NCBI GenBank assembly: GCA_037441385.1
Contig: JBBISH010000065.1
Coordinates: 1-35,151, forward strand
Direction of reading: 5' to 3'
DNA length: 35,151 nt
DNA from: Myxococcales bacterium
GTDB lineage: Bacteria > Myxococcota_A > UBA9042
Part shown: positions 12,001 to 19,708 of the stretch, piece by piece
Layout of the letters: each line of letters starts with the position of its first letter
Numbering within the stretch: the first letter of the stretch is position 1
Notes under the pieces: generated by a model
Told to the model about the DNA's origin: nothing
The model's input: the letters and a program-made list of their open reading frames with translations, nothing else
Databases searched by the model: none
Translations under genes and position numbers: made by a program

Positions 12001-12356
12001 CCGTCCGCCAAAGTGAAGGTGGCGGTGTCGTCGGGACCGTTCAGGGCCGAACCGCCCCAGTACAGCAGCGCATCCTTGATGACGGCATCGCCGGGCAGCT
12101 TGTTCTGGGTGTTGTCCGAACTTTGCGACAGCAGTTTGTCGTTGATCTGCGCGTAGGTGAAGTTGGTCATGAGCGAGGCGCCGAATTGCTGCGCCCCGCC
12201 ATACACTTGGCGAGTCAAGAACGGAGTCTGCGAGTAGTTGCCAACCTTGAGCGCGAGCGCGGGCCGGGCGGTGATCAGCAAGGTGACCAGGCCGGAAAAA
12301 AGCACCAGCGCGCGCCAGATGGCGGTGTTCCTCATGCAGGGCAATGGCTTTGGCAC
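3..12356 (-). CDS. Giant (>=4118 aa, 3'-truncated by window edge) exported DUF11-repeat adhesin-like protein with SdrD-B-like domains, degenerate OmpA-like domain and probable C-terminal OM beta-barrel
   Basis: Manual translation of most of the region reads in one minus frame, and the ORF track lists no stop-bounded ORF in that frame. GTG at 12356 lies 7 nt after AGGAG (alternative ATG 12335). Signal peptide [31 protein letters not shown]. Head has [32 protein letters not shown] and LEGD motifs. Repeats such as [28 protein letters not shown] span ~4200-11125. [29 protein letters not shown] at ~2920-3000. OmpA-like at ~1050-1340. [34 protein letters not shown] at 1-260. Confidence 0.92.
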   Translation of the reverse strand, partial: MPKPLPCMRNTAIWRALVLFSGLVTLLITARPALALKVGNYSQTPFLTRQVYGGAQQFGASLMTNFTYAQINDKLLSQSSDNTQNKLPGDAVIKDALLYWGGSALNGPDDTATFTLADGSVHTVTADLCRALTDPGVPGGQGGSGTHFLCRADVTKLVAAHPKSAGNYNGTYTVGDVAAKAGALRQGTDAEKCPALWNPPPPAPPFYPPYCCQTAGPDADEYCQARHASWSLVVVYESTSEFMKRDVLLYDGFVLLDEQQTTLGQISFPISGFLVADPPEAKLSYYALEGDQHLGNPEQDTDTGYSAGCTNCWDFVQFGNDPKNMQDLIGGAGNNEPHNIMNSTPQAGIDLDTFDVSDRVKAGDTQAYFLVSSGNGSLADNTYVYPNGSNLGGDGELFFYAYTILQINRKAPNYKNIVSHYTVNSKEAVAASAGEVLTYQIDLQNNGQLDADNNVLKLDQFPPAGMQWVANSLVVDGVSVADPAPGTSPLAAGLKLGTITWTGSNSVRKIAFKLQVAANPGTTTSTSTGNLAFTYVGTKGSTTVYNDSYATNSVTVTIVAAAIAEPKLSVAPTNAKPGDTVTYTFTVQNTSSALDLVNFTWDAPKEVQLGAVNCSYQQGLPGNTWVVSPGGGANKTGQIAGTNLGLDPGKTAVCTWTATVLSAQALAAAGVSPINGHVVSTQISVGVAGKTFLTDDPATSGTGEPTKLTLNAASSFVNSSKTVTDLSPNTPLEAGDQVRFDITLVNSGPVVGLVTITDPIPSQLSFVSSQSPELALVGSTVQAKDVVIKPGATQTLSFIALVKADTQAGSTFANVATLSPSDSPAVVVQTPMQTVVGGPDLSTSQKTVVDVNGGDLEPGDTLQYTLTFKNSGKLPSGDFGVVDPIDPNLQDVSAITGAGAFDAAAKQITWKVPSIAAGGQTVLQFQAKVGPLVPTGTTIGNNATASGGELPKPVPVSATIKVQAQPNISTWSLVATSSGGATFSPGDTVTYALKLQNTGSGAVQSGKVSIDVDPVLTGLQATAGGTVSGQKITWDVGTLQKGGALVTLTFSGKLAAVIAQNQVVSAQASLTGDGLGAPALSDDPALPGKTDPTSFKVNSAPNLVTSVKSFVDLNGGQVQGGDQIQYKISLVNTGNAPATGITVSDTLATQLTQVVVTGGSFDAASRVAKWSIASLEPGKPTEVALTAVVDKATASGTNVSNFAELAFIEAPKNGKTNTVSFQVVNLPDFGASTKAVSAATVQAGDPVTWTLTIVNSGNQAGTGVVVTDALPKEVEQIQLSDGGVVDASGVAKWTLSSLAAGAQKVLTVQAKLKKPLTKGGQVCNQATITATENTTPVQTNPPGTTPKPGGTATCFAVDSQVKLTFTKDVFDQKTNAQLNGGTVKPKQVLRWVVRVKNAGNANAESVVVSDPLPQGLTDIVPLDGGKFDATLNTITWPVVASLGVAATDELVFRFDATVLAGAENALVIANQAQLVYSGLPAPQKSDDPLSAAKEDATQVQVQSNVDFSKATLTVVDDNGGDARPGDSLTWTLKLQNDGDGSGKDVTVTLPLDPKLEQLVADNNGQVTPGMAIWKLGTLAPGGSFVLTLKSVLKKPLADGSVVAMQGQLAAAGFKVPMLTDADLSTPVREVTKITVKAAPDYATSSWAVQDINGGAFEPGDAVVLRLTVRNTGDGLGQLVPVQALLQAGTFSDVKSYDGGKLGTDAVNWTVPTVGLSPTGDVAVTLQATLAAGLQDGQIVTVLGTLPGVANPPQAKLVVQAKPKFDTSTMAIEDESGWVAKVGQTAPGHTLRLETTLKNSGKALADGLVVTLALPNKVGQVQMLTPGGVQQGQNLVWSLPALAAGGQTKLIYKVVVAAGAKDGEVLAFSGSVAATALATPTPISGPTATVTLRPILKLTKTYEDLTGKHLFPGDTVRFVLTAANLGNATANNLVIADTLAVSLTGIQAESQGAVSGQQVVWAVPSLQAGQSVAVAVRAKIAGGVASGSTIVNQAIVKADGVAEVSSNTLQVPVSYPTLDVQLGLLPEAPAKLPLQPGDTVTLQVQVTAQNQPASGVQVQATLDASVFDVTALQGASYDAKTQTLTWKASDSAALANIAVGKPVVLLAGLKVKATAEDGKKAEFTALAREGETGLAYGAVPQSVPIASHPLLKVQKTVKDLNGGKANPLDVLRYELLVSVDGTAAAQGVVVSDPLDNNLEFVSADSGGTFAGGTVTWNPSSTPGLAVVLPGKPVALHFDVRIKAAVADNLTIPNQAEATAKSLAKPLLSDDPGPSGNADPTLVVVRVQSALEASQKLATDDNGGALLPGDTVTWKLALVATANTNLSGVKVFDGVPAGTDYVPGSTRLNGQPLADGAGGTLPLVAGQTVQGPGMAAGALQAGIENAAILTFQTRVRPDVADGTLITNLATATATGVPPTPVGPAALTVGKGASLKTASKLAEIQDSNGNGVADVGEELRYVITVQNTGGTTASAATLDDPLPQNLQFVGASLQLDGVALTEAQDADAGWFEVGTRTVHAKLGDIAPGQSRVLVLRARILAGPLAQNQATVQAKGVSPELTDSDGNDGNGNQPTVVAVGAQAQVAQVSKSVQDENGGQVQIGDVLRYTIQIKNLGAKPLENLLLRDPLPVGLQPTADTGTGAGDLLVPEGAQVSWAGTQATKPVVLAVNGLNILGGESATVAVRARVGEKVSEGTVLCNVADATLPGSTGWSSKAACVTVGAIVGEGMVRGSVFEDVGAQDGVFQSNLDLPLPGFQVQLLPLSGDGAVASALADEKGAYKLMQVPEGKRKLRVLNANGVVFYETEWTAPGAAGGTLDLPIKPTGRLYDPRTGELVAGAKVFLSYDAADPLAPGQTVPQDELPAGQQGQKTDATGAYIFAAAPGRAYRIDVAAASIGRSFPSTAKAPEANLVMLDSGGFVVEAALPKLTPSLPKYLQRFTRQGDNAPPLPRHNHIPVDKIASLVHVSLQLSKTSAQVGEMVGITVKVVNGSTTALAPDLLTGQGGAELRQVLPPGMALVPGTARMTLVRPSGPTVDVPLAPISGTLLTIKRAAGPGGQPLGLELPAGGELTFKVLAAVGASAAVGANLSTIAQLYDTGGGALSDRATAALQVQADPLFDRAGVLTKIFCDGNGDGVQQEGEDGLPGARIYVDTGEYAAADAFGRAHFVNLPAGTHLFKVDPDTLPPGSTFVEDGKQALLLTPGLTQGLTFAVRCALEPVGPGQLEVVPGADVTPVTPGPGVVLVEADSATLDVAVDGKKLQARRVQAAMVTTGERPRDLPSDPTAVVLPQNGELSVWTNSSGGFSRHTLEIRAVGDTGRRGKLMYESVSTGDVTRQVTFKLSSGGQVLAKLEPGRRYAVILRAETSFGSRAWSAPLPFEVKASGAPTVGTWHSTQRRAGWLINGHPLELAGVRGLARVLRPDDGRLLVAVRGADGSGRDEFMTLPAQASKDAVIKPVWGAAPPPKASAPVAPAPVAAPAPAPAPAPAPVAAPAPAPAPVAAPAPAPAQVPVRAPVPASDPPPVAAPAPAAAAEIRPVLVAPTAKGLRVAGQELVPRSGNAELLVPSQPLALAGGKVLGQLMLSARQLPDKAKDAAVVLLNKDGEVLARKTLQVPVPSSFLWAPNAQNLQPGRYGMALEVLWAEGDHLAGYRTVPKTILLADRGPALLPAGEPDKFVRATLFDAAGQPTESTWEWLGKLAVSLSAEKDKIAVVSVHDDGAADAMQRTANAAKVVEKALLGAGVARERLLVVGVGNLVPDAKPSREAMGPHRVELRWRSANSGSSDPSTEDFAVPQGVWVDDVRAGAGALPSELNIKSGQNNRVVYERGKGPAAIWLHRFGQPAKPPGGVATAGVPQEASRDVASFGGELLDSLAQDVRAAESGKPRQPSVAGAPLQPISLAEGSTETALPAAAELQVWLPPAGKELAALELPVRGITRPGNTITIQGNPVPVGRDGRFYALTPMPVGSSTLTVVSKDPAGNKATLQRNFTVRDRALFILAIADTSVSHVGAHLVETERGGGDKGWRDGVWQAGDSVNIMGRGAVYLKGRIAGKYLGLDNLRFTAHVDTAKDPATTDFATNLIDPTRFYPVYGDASTQVQDVQARGKLYVLVEADQGKLQLGNF
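1820..1960 (-). repeat. Imperfect 30/36-bp tandem repeat encoding an Ala/Pro linker ([12 protein letters not shown])n in the giant protein
   Basis: About three copies of GGTGCTGGTGCGGGAGCC(GGAGCC)GCAACCGGAGCC on the + strand, with variable numbers of GGAGCC hexamers. Confidence 0.9.
4200..11125 (-). repeat. 17 tandem ~125-150 aa DUF11/conserved-repeat Ig-like domains (an 18th at ~3020-3480)
   Basis: Recurring K-x-x-x-D-x-NGG-x-x-x-PGD-x-(L/V)-x-(Y/W/F)-x-(I/L)-x-x-x-N-x-G ... (S/T)DPLP ... NQA pattern about every 370-450 nt. Divergent at the DNA level. Confidence 0.85.
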
Positions 12357-12516
12357 GAGCGAACTCCTAGCGACCGCGGGCGCGCGACCACCGATTGTGC
12401 CGAATCGCTAGCCGTTGTGCGAGCGCCAAACGCTCAACCGTCTCCTGCGCGTCGGGCGCCACTCTGCAAATCGGGACGGCGGGTGGGGCGCTCGGCCCCC
12501 CTCCTCTAGCTAGCGA

Positions 12517-14307
12517 CTAATACTGCGGATTCCAGAGGGCCACGGAACTCTGTCCAATCAGCCCGTCGCTGGTCGTGCCCACGCCGCCCAGAAGCAGCAC
12601 GTGGCCCGTGTTCAGCGTGATCGCCTGACCCAGCGAGCGCCCACCGCCGGGCATTTCATTATCAACCATCGGCACTTGAATGGTAGTCGGCGGATCCTGG
12701 GTGGGGTCAACCCGCACGTAGATGGCCTCGGCCGTAGACAAGTGTATGGTATCACTGGCGCTTCCGCCGGCAACAAGAATCTGCCCTTGGGTCGTCGGGT
12801 GCGGCACGGCCGCCACCATCGGCGCGCCGCGGCCGGTCGACAGCGCGTAGCCATCGCCGTTGATGTAGTTGCCCTTGCCCACGTCGAACACGTCGAAGCG
12901 AGCCAAGGCCTTGGTGTGGTCCTTGTCGGCAAAACCACCCACGAAGTAGACGTAGCGGTAGGTGGGGCTGCCCGAGCCGCGCGGGACCGACACGTACGCC
13001 GCACCGGGCAGCGTGCGCGCTACCGGCATGCCCTGAGTGAGCGGCTCCCACAAGAAGGCTTCGCACTTGCCGTCGAACAGATCCGAGCGGCAGCCCTGGC
13101 CCTTGTTCGAGATCACGCCGCCGCCCGCCGAGGTGAATTGCACGACTTCAAAGGTGTCGTGGACCTTGTCGTCGTTCTCGCCGCCGATCAGCATCACGTA
13201 GCCGCCCCCTGCGCCTGGGATCACCGCCGCGGCGTGGTTCCAGCGGGCAGTGTTCAGCCGGCCCTGTGCCAAGTTGCCGCTGACGGGGTGCCAGAGCTCC
13301 CACGTATTGCCGGCGCAGTCCAGGTCGTTGCCTTGGTCATCCTTGCATGGGGTGTCGCCCTTGCCGCCCAGAATCAAGAAGAAGTCGTCGCTGGCGAACA
13401 TCTGTACGGCCGTGGCGCCGGCGCGAGCGAATTTGAGGTCGGGGACGGGACCGGCCGAAGTCTGAACCTTGCCGTTCTTGTCGATGTATTCGATCGTGTT
13501 GGTGATTTTGGGGCCCGCGTCGCCTTTGATGTAACCGCCCGCGATGACGATGGCCGACTTGCCGGCCGCCGAAGCGTGGAAGGCGCGCGCGGTCTTCAGC
13601 GCGTACTCTGGGCCGGTTTGGCTGAGCGGGCTCAGCACGCGGGTATTGGGGTCGTACAGCGTGACGGCGTCTGAGAATTCGCCGTACGAGGTTGGGTCAA
13701 AGGCCTTCTTGGCGCCTTGGTTGGGAACCGCGCCGCCCACGATGATGACCCGCCCTTCGTTGCCCGGCAGCGTAACCGCGCTGGAGCCGGCGCGGCCGGC
13801 GCCCATGTCGGCGGCCCCGGCGGAGCTGATGGCCGGAGCGAATCGGTTCATCCGCGTCACGTAGGGCGTCAGCGTGGACGCAGAGCCGTTGACCAGCGCG
13901 TCGTACGGGATGCTGCGGCCCCGCCCAAGCGGCAATTCGGGCTGGCCAGAGGCCCCCTTGGACCAAACCTCGACCCGAACTTGCTGGCCGGTGCCATAGG
14001 TGATGCCGCCGCAGCCGCCGCCGGACGTGCAGTTGAGGTCCAAGCTCATGCCGGCCGTATACGGACGGATGAGCTGGAACGAGTTGTCGGCCACGCCCGG
14101 AAGCTCGGCGGTGATGGCCACGAACTTGTCGCCGGCCAGGCCAAACGGGTCGTCCTCGGTCGAGGTGGGGTGGGCAATCTGCAAGGTGACCCTGGTCGCC
14201 GGCGCCTGGGTGCCCGACGAGCAAGCGGCCGCCGCCAGGGCCAACAGCATGGCCGCGGTCGCAGCGGCGGGCCAAGTGCGGCGCAAGCGCGAGGTGGGAG
14301 CAAACAT
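12517..14307 (-). CDS. Kelch/galactose-oxidase-like beta-propeller lipoprotein (596 aa)
   Basis: ATG 14307 preceded by GGAGGA. Lipobox MLLALAAAA|CSSG. Repeated R-x-x-H/S...(V/L)(I/L)xGG blades (ARAFHAS..VIAGG, ARWNHAA..LIGG, GRSLGQA..LLLGG). The first 315 aa of the 911-aa track ORF are spurious. Confidence 0.85.
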   Translation of the reverse strand: MFAPTSRLRRTWPAAATAAMLLALAAAACSSGTQAPATRVTLQIAHPTSTEDDPFGLAGDKFVAITAELPGVADNSFQLIRPYTAGMSLDLNCTSGGGCGGITYGTGQQVRVEVWSKGASGQPELPLGRGRSIPYDALVNGSASTLTPYVTRMNRFAPAISSAGAADMGAGRAGSSAVTLPGNEGRVIIVGGAVPNQGAKKAFDPTSYGEFSDAVTLYDPNTRVLSPLSQTGPEYALKTARAFHASAAGKSAIVIAGGYIKGDAGPKITNTIEYIDKNGKVQTSAGPVPDLKFARAGATAVQMFASDDFFLILGGKGDTPCKDDQGNDLDCAGNTWELWHPVSGNLAQGRLNTARWNHAAAVIPGAGGGYVMLIGGENDDKVHDTFEVVQFTSAGGGVISNKGQGCRSDLFDGKCEAFLWEPLTQGMPVARTLPGAAYVSVPRGSGSPTYRYVYFVGGFADKDHTKALARFDVFDVGKGNYINGDGYALSTGRGAPMVAAVPHPTTQGQILVAGGSASDTIHLSTAEAIYVRVDPTQDPPTTIQVPMVDNEMPGGGRSLGQAITLNTGHVLLLGGVGTTSDGLIGQSSVALWNPQY

Positions 14308-14369
14308 CAGCGAGTCCTCCGCGCTGGGGGCCGCCATGGCAGCCAACACCCAGCAGGAACAAGAAAAAC

Positions 14370-15986
14370 TTAGAACTGCACGTGGGCCGAGTAACCCGTG
14401 GCCGCAGCGCCCGACTGCGTGCCGGCGTAGATGCCCGCACCGGCGCCACCCACCACCACCACACCGATGGCCGTCCAGAACCACCAGGTCTTGTAGACCG
14501 GCGTGCTGTCCTTGTCCTTGTCGGGGTCCAAGAGCTTGGCGTACGGGTCCTCGGGCACCGGGTCCTTGACCTTGACCCTGGGTTCGACCTTGGGCTCCAC
14601 TTTGGGCTCGACCCTGGGCTCGACCTTGGGCTCGACCTTGGGTTCGACCTTGGGATTGTCGTCGGGCGGCGGGGCCACGATGTCGGGCGCATCGGGCTCG
14701 GGCTCGGGCGCTCCGGCGTAGCAGGCCGGCGTCACGGCGACGTCGCTGGCGCAGCTCTGCAGGGCGGCACGCACCTTGCTCTCGGCATCCAGCGTCTGCA
14801 TCTGCAGGTTGCTCAGGTTGGCCGCATACTCGATCTTCTCGATCGAACAGGTCTTTTTGGTCTTGGCGTTGTACAGGAACAGGTACAGCTCCAGCGAACT
14901 GGGCCGCTTGCTGACCAGACCGAACAGCAGGTGGCTGGCACCGACTTGGCGGGCAAACATGCTTCCGGAATTCTTGAAGATCTTCTCGCCAAAATTGCCC
15001 TTGTTGGCCATGTCCTTGATGTCGTCGGCACTGACGCCCACGGCGATCTCGTCCTGGGGAGCCACCTCGATCTGCAGCACTGCGCGAACCGACAACGGCT
15101 TGCCCTTGAGCGCGATCGCCTGACCCCAGGGAGCCGCATTGCTTTTGCGTACTTGCAGGTAGTGGGTGCCGGTGAGCAAGTCCTTGGCCGTTGCGGGTGC
15201 CGTGCCGATCTTGACGCCATCGACGTAGACCTCCGAGTTCTCTTCGCGGCACTCCACGGTCACGTCGGCGCGGGGCTTGGCTTCCAGGGCTTGGCGGGTC
15301 TTCTCTACGAATGCCTTCAGATCCTTGTGCTTGCGGGCATCCACCACCAGGCTGGGTTGAATGACCAGCGCCTTGGTCAGCCAGTCGCCCGCCGTCTTCT
15401 GGTCCCCGGCGTCGTGGGCCAGGCCAGCCAAGGCCACGTAGGCGTCGCTCAGCTTAGAAAAGTCGACCAATTCAGCGAAGTTCTGTTCGTAACGGTCGGC
15501 CGCGGCGGTGATCAGCTTGACGGCGTCCGGAGCGTTTTCGCCACTTTCGGCCAGCATGTCGCGGGCCGCCGCCATCAACTTGTCGGCCTTTTCCAGGGCC
15601 TTGACGGCCGGGCTCGCCGGACGATCGCGCGGGGCGCCGTTGCTGCCGCCGCCGACGGCTTTGCCCGTTTCGGTGGCCTTGGCGGGGATCATCTTGACGT
15701 AGCCGGCGGCGTCCAGCATCTGCCGCAGGTATTCCTCGATGCGTTGCACAGATAGGGCGCCGACTTCGCCGCGCTTGACAAAGTGGACGATCCCAAGGGA
15801 GTTTTTCTCTTCGTCCGCCCAGGCCTTGCTGCCCAACTGCGACCCGGCAGGCAGCGCCGCGGTCAGCCAGCAAAGTGGCAACAGCAGGGCGACAGCGACG
15901 GGACGCAAGATGGTCCTGACGCGGGCAAGGGCAGCCGTGGACGGAGGCAGGGCGGCGCCGGCTCGGGCGGCTTTGATCGCGAACAT
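14370..15986 (-). CDS. PEGA-domain exported protein with TPR-like region, (PKVE)n spacer and C-terminal PVYKTWWFW hydrophobic segment
   Basis: PEGA motif SEVYVDGVKIGTAP..LLTGTHYLQVRK. N-terminal hydrophobic signal-like stretch. C-terminal WWFWTAIGVVVVGGAGAGIY typical of myxobacterial PEGA proteins. Start codon uncertain (15986 or slightly upstream). Confidence 0.8.
   Translation of the reverse strand: MFAIKAARAGAALPPSTAALARVRTILRPVAVALLLPLCWLTAALPAGSQLGSKAWADEEKNSLGIVHFVKRGEVGALSVQRIEEYLRQMLDAAGYVKMIPAKATETGKAVGGGSNGAPRDRPASPAVKALEKADKLMAAARDMLAESGENAPDAVKLITAAADRYEQNFAELVDFSKLSDAYVALAGLAHDAGDQKTAGDWLTKALVIQPSLVVDARKHKDLKAFVEKTRQALEAKPRADVTVECREENSEVYVDGVKIGTAPATAKDLLTGTHYLQVRKSNAAPWGQAIALKGKPLSVRAVLQIEVAPQDEIAVGVSADDIKDMANKGNFGEKIFKNSGSMFARQVGASHLLFGLVSKRPSSLELYLFLYNAKTKKTCSIEKIEYAANLSNLQMQTLDAESKVRAALQSCASDVAVTPACYAGAPEPEPDAPDIVAPPPDDNPKVEPKVEPKVEPRVEPKVEPKVEPRVKVKDPVPEDPYAKLLDPDKDKDSTPVYKTWWFWTAIGVVVVGGAGAGIYAGTQSGAAATGYSAHVQF
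14578..14654 (-). repeat. 12-bp tandem repeat, 6 copies, encoding (P-K/R-V-E)6
   Basis: GG(C/T)TCGACCTTG-type units on the + strand; protein NPKVEPKVEPKVEPRVEPKVEPKVEPRV. Confidence 0.92.
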
Positions 15987-15998
15987 CAGAAAAACCCC

Positions 15999-16019
15999 AT
16001 GCAAGATAACACCTTGCAT
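15999..16019. promoter_or_regulatory. Perfect 7-7-7 inverted repeat, candidate operator upstream of the PEGA gene
   Basis: ATGCAAG-ATAACAC-CTTGCAT, 13 nt upstream of ATG 15986 in an AT-richer intergenic stretch. Confidence 0.4.
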
Positions 16020-16152
16020 CATGTCTAGCGCGCTCAGCACGGCGCAAGGGCTGCGCGCGTTGCCGGCTCGATCCTGTAGTTTGCCTCAATTGCACAGCAG
16101 ATCAAAACCTCTGGCGGTTCTGCAAAGCAATTTCATGACGCGGCGGTCGCGT

Positions 16153-16944
16153 TCAAGGCTGTCCGCGCGCCACCACCACCAAGCCCACCGGCACTTCGAC
16201 GGCCGTGGTCACCACTGCGTTCGTGCCCGTGAGCGGCGCCGCCAGCATGGCCGACGAGCCGCCGTCCAGGTTCAGCGCGTCGCGCAGCCCCGGCCCCCCA
16301 ACCGGCTCGGACAGCGCCAAGGCACGGGCAAATTCGTCAACGCCCATCACACCTTCACTCACCGCAAGAACCACACGACCCAGCGAGTCGTGGCCGATGG
16401 CCACCCGGCGCGCCAAGTCGGTCCGGCGGAAGCGCGGTCGCTCGCCCGCCACGAGCAGCCGCGGCCCGCACTCCACGGCAAATTCCAGGTCGGGCGGCGC
16501 ATGAAACGTGCGCGCATGGTCCACCAGGGGCCGCCCGCCAGCGATCGCAAAGACACCGTGGTCGACACGGCGCAGGGGGGCCAGCTCGCGCCCGCCGCTG
16601 ACCAGCAGCCCCAGCGGCCGGTATTCCGGGTCAAAATAGCCGGCGTTGATGGCCGCCAGCGCGTGGCTGTAGCTGCGAAACTCCTCGGCCGAAGCCAGCT
16701 TTTTGCCCAGCGCCGTGGCCAGCACCACCCGCAGCTCGTGGCGGCGCAAGTCCAGGCGCAGCAAGTGGATGACCACGCTGGCGCGGTCCGTGCCCAGCGG
16801 CACATCGGTGCGGGCGTATTCCAGACCGGACGGCTCGCGCTGCCAGTGCAGCGGCCGCATCGGCGCGGGGTGGCGACAGGCTGCCAGCGCCGCCAGCCCA
16901 AGCGAACTGGCCAGCAGCGACCGGCGGCTGCGAGCGGTCATCAT
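16153..16944 (-). CDS. Phosphodiester glycosidase (NAGPA/DUF2233) family protein, probable Tat lipoprotein
   Basis: AINAGYFD, ARRVAIG and ALNLDGGSS family motifs; N-terminus SRRSLLASSLGLAALAA|C. Confidence 0.85.
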   Translation of the reverse strand: MMTARSRRSLLASSLGLAALAACRHPAPMRPLHWQREPSGLEYARTDVPLGTDRASVVIHLLRLDLRRHELRVVLATALGKKLASAEEFRSYSHALAAINAGYFDPEYRPLGLLVSGGRELAPLRRVDHGVFAIAGGRPLVDHARTFHAPPDLEFAVECGPRLLVAGERPRFRRTDLARRVAIGHDSLGRVVLAVSEGVMGVDEFARALALSEPVGGPGLRDALNLDGGSSAMLAAPLTGTNAVVTTAVEVPVGLVVVARGQP

Positions 16945-17075
16945 ACGGAATCCGTTCGAATCGAATCGCAAAGCCTGGAAGATCCGCGGGCCCGAACCGG
17001 GGTCCCCGCATGATTCTCGCCAGTTGCCGGACGGGTTACGGTAGCAATACAGGCGTGAATCGGGTGGGGTGCATA

Positions 17076-19571
17076 TCAGAGCAAGCTAGCGATGGCGTCG
17101 CGCAACTTCTGCAGCTGCTCTTCGGGCTTGAAGCCGGTGTCGTAGAAGCGCACCACGCCCTGGCGGTCGATGAGGAAGGTCGCGGGCATCGAGTACACGT
17201 TGAACTTGCCCATCAGCTCGTTCTCGGCGTCGGCGATGATGCCCCACGGCGCCTCGAAGCCCTTGGCAAATTCCAGCGAGCGGCCCTCTTCGCGGTCTAC
17301 GCCCACGCTGATGACCTGGAAGCCCTTGGCCTTGTGCTCCTTTTGCAGGTTGACCAGCTCGGGGAACTCCTTCTTGCACGGGCCGCACCACGAGGCAAAG
17401 AAGTTGATCAGCGTGACCTTGCCCTTGAACTGCGCCGAATCGACCTCGGCGCCGTTCGAGTCCTTGGCCTTGAACGGGGGCACAGGCTTGCCGACCAAGT
17501 CGGTGTCGCCACCCTTCAAATCGCTTGCGCTCACCTTGCCTTGCGCCACGTCCTTGTCGGCGCAGCAGCGGAAGCCGGTGGTCTGGTTGCGGTTGCCAAT
17601 GCCAAAGCTGGCCGACCGCTGGTTGCAGGCGGCGCGCTCGCCCGAGTTGTTGTGGCCGCCCATCAGGCCGGCGGTCTCTTTGGTCACGCCCGACCACTCG
17701 CCCATGTTGCCGGCCAGGTCAAACAGCCCCGACGGCGTGCGGCAATTGGCCTTGGTGCCGGTCTTTTGCGCCTTGCCCTTGTACTTGTCTTCTTGATCGA
17801 CGCAGTTGCCAGCTTCGTAGAACGTGCCGTAGGGGTACATGTTGCCCTCCACGTCGTCGTCGGCAAACTGCTGGTTGTTGTTGTTGTCGACCTGCAGAGC
17901 GCCGGCGCAGGCGCTGACCCACTCTTCTTCGCTGCACAGGCGCTTGCCGGCCTTGGCGCAGGCGTCGGTGGCCTCCGTCCACGAAGCGATGGCCGGCTCG
18001 ACGTCGGGCAGGCTCACGGCCTTGCCGTCCTTGGTCACCGCGGCTTCGTAGGGATCGATGTAGAACGCGCCCTTGCTGGTCTTGGCGGCGATCATGTGGC
18101 TGCCGTCGGGCTTGGGCGCCATCGCCACCGGCTGCTGCGCGGCGGCCGAGGTGGGATTCTCGAGCGCCTTCTGGATGTAGTACTCCAGGATCGCCGTCGA
18201 GGCCGAGCCGGTGACCATGCGACCGTTGATGTAGGTACGCGGCGCGCCATAGATGCCGGCGGCGTAGGCGGCGTCGATGTCTTTGTTGAACTTCGCCTGC
18301 ACGCTGGGGTCCTTGAGGCACGCGTCGTACTTGGCCATGTCCAGGCCCAGCTCCTCGGCGGCCTTGCGGTCGGTCTCGGCGTCGAGCTTGGGCTGGTTGG
18401 CGTACAGCTTGTCGTGCATGTCCCAGAACTTGCCCTGGCGGCCGGCACACAACGCCGCAGCATGGGCAAAGCAGGTGTTGGGGTGCTTGTCGTAGCCCGC
18501 CATGTACTTGTTGCAGCTGGGGTTCATGGGGAAGTGCTTCATGATGAAGCGGACTTTGTCCTTGTACTTGGGCTTCAGCGGCTCCATGGTCATGGCCAGG
18601 TAGCGGCAGTACGGGCACTCGAAGTCCGAGTACTTGACCACGGTGACCTTGGCGTCCTTGGCGCCGTAGGCATCGCGGATGTCTTCTTCGTCCAGGCAGG
18701 GTTCGTAAATGGTCCAGCCGTCTTCGGTCTTCTTGCCCATCGGCTTGCCGCACTCGCCGGTGGGGCGGGCGGCGGGCGCTTGGGCGGCCTGGGCAGCTTG
18801 CGGGGCGACGTTGTTGGCGCCGGCCTGGGCGGTCGTCGGCGAGCCGGCGTCGGGCTTGAGGGCTTCGTCGCCCTTCTTGAACGCCTCGTCGATCTTGGCC
18901 TTGTACTCGGCTTCCAGCGACGCGCGGCTGTGGTCGTAACCCAGCCAACCCGCGCCCGCGCCGATGACCAGCACCAGCAGGGCCGTCGTCACCGGCTGGT
19001 CGAACGAGACCAACAGCGCCAGCGCGCGCTGAATGGCGTTCTTGACCGTCTTGGGGCCGGCGGCGATGGCCAGCGCGGTGACGCAGAAGTTCACGATGTA
19101 CAGCGAGATGCAGTACAGGCAGTAGGCCTCGACCACCGCCGAGCTGTACAGGGCCAAGAAGAGGGAGTAGCCGCTGGTCAACAGGCCGATGCCGGCGACG
19201 GCGTCCAGCGCCTTTTCGCCCACTTTGGCCAGGTCGTGCGAAGTGCGACCGCGCAGGGTCAGCACGGTCAGGTACAGCTGCACCAGGTAGGTGGGGATGC
19301 CGTAGAAGCTGATCGGCATGCCGAACAGCTCGCTGGCGCCCGAGACGTTCACCTTGTCACAGTTGATCGCGCCGCCCAGATTGCAGCTGGAGGTGTAGGT
19401 GGGGTCCAGCGTGATGTGCAACTTGTGGCGCAGCAAGTAGATCGACACGCCAATACCCACCGCCGTCAGCAGCAGGATGCCGTACAGCAAGTTGGTGTTG
19501 GCCGCCGGGGCTGCGCCAGCCGGCAAAGGTTGGGGCGACGATTGGGGCGAATTGCCAAGGTCTTTGGCCAT
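17076..19571 (-). CDS. VKOR + DsbA-like thioredoxin + FGE-sulfatase (SUMF1-fold) + TlpA/ResA-like thioredoxin fusion (831 aa)
   Basis: ATG 19571 with AGGAG RBS. VKOR: SSCNLGGAINCDKV..S.LFGMP, YCLYC, ~5 TM segments. DsbA: YSDFECPYC, GKFWDMHDKLY, GIYGAPRTYING. FGE fold: FYIDPYEA, GKRLCSEEEW, YPYG, GLFDLAGNMGEW, GFRCC. TlpA: GKVTLINFFASWCGPCKKEFP, SMPATFLID. Confidence 0.9.
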   Translation of the reverse strand: MAKDLGNSPQSSPQPLPAGAAPAANTNLLYGILLLTAVGIGVSIYLLRHKLHITLDPTYTSSCNLGGAINCDKVNVSGASELFGMPISFYGIPTYLVQLYLTVLTLRGRTSHDLAKVGEKALDAVAGIGLLTSGYSLFLALYSSAVVEAYCLYCISLYIVNFCVTALAIAAGPKTVKNAIQRALALLVSFDQPVTTALLVLVIGAGAGWLGYDHSRASLEAEYKAKIDEAFKKGDEALKPDAGSPTTAQAGANNVAPQAAQAAQAPAARPTGECGKPMGKKTEDGWTIYEPCLDEEDIRDAYGAKDAKVTVVKYSDFECPYCRYLAMTMEPLKPKYKDKVRFIMKHFPMNPSCNKYMAGYDKHPNTCFAHAAALCAGRQGKFWDMHDKLYANQPKLDAETDRKAAEELGLDMAKYDACLKDPSVQAKFNKDIDAAYAAGIYGAPRTYINGRMVTGSASTAILEYYIQKALENPTSAAAQQPVAMAPKPDGSHMIAAKTSKGAFYIDPYEAAVTKDGKAVSLPDVEPAIASWTEATDACAKAGKRLCSEEEWVSACAGALQVDNNNNQQFADDDVEGNMYPYGTFYEAGNCVDQEDKYKGKAQKTGTKANCRTPSGLFDLAGNMGEWSGVTKETAGLMGGHNNSGERAACNQRSASFGIGNRNQTTGFRCCADKDVAQGKVSASDLKGGDTDLVGKPVPPFKAKDSNGAEVDSAQFKGKVTLINFFASWCGPCKKEFPELVNLQKEHKAKGFQVISVGVDREEGRSLEFAKGFEAPWGIIADAENELMGKFNVYSMPATFLIDRQGVVRFYDTGFKPEEQLQKLRDAIASLL

Positions 19572-19628
19572 TGGGAACTCCTGACAGCGCAAAAGGGCAG
19601 AGGCCGCGCCATGGGCACGCGGCGGGCA

Positions 19629-19656
19629 ATTCTAAGGAGAAACCGCGCCCGCGCAA
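19629..19656 (-). promoter_or_regulatory. Candidate sigma70-type promoter for the VKOR fusion gene
   Basis: Minus strand TTGCGC-N16-TAGAAT, about 58 nt upstream of ATG 19571. Confidence 0.45.
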
Positions 19657-19708
19657 GGGGCACCCCGTGCAAGGCCGCTCGATTGTCGATTATTCCCGGC
19701 GGGCGGAC

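Noticed and set aside
12345..12410. TGGCAC/CGGCAC sequences as sigma54 promoters
   Set aside because: No correctly spaced -12 GC element; one copy overlaps the start codon on the wrong strand
12470..12510. GC-rich hairpin after the Kelch gene as an intrinsic terminator
   Set aside because: Short imperfect stem and no U-tract
14308..15252. N-terminal 315 aa of the 911-aa track ORF, suggesting an overlapping gene or a PEGA-Kelch frameshift fusion
   Set aside because: It is an off-frame read of the PEGA gene. The Kelch gene has its own GGAGGA RBS and lipoprotein signal at 14307.
17560..18075. FGE/C-type-lectin-fold domain as a diversity-generating retroelement target
   Set aside because: No reverse transcriptase or template repeat in the window, and the domain is internal
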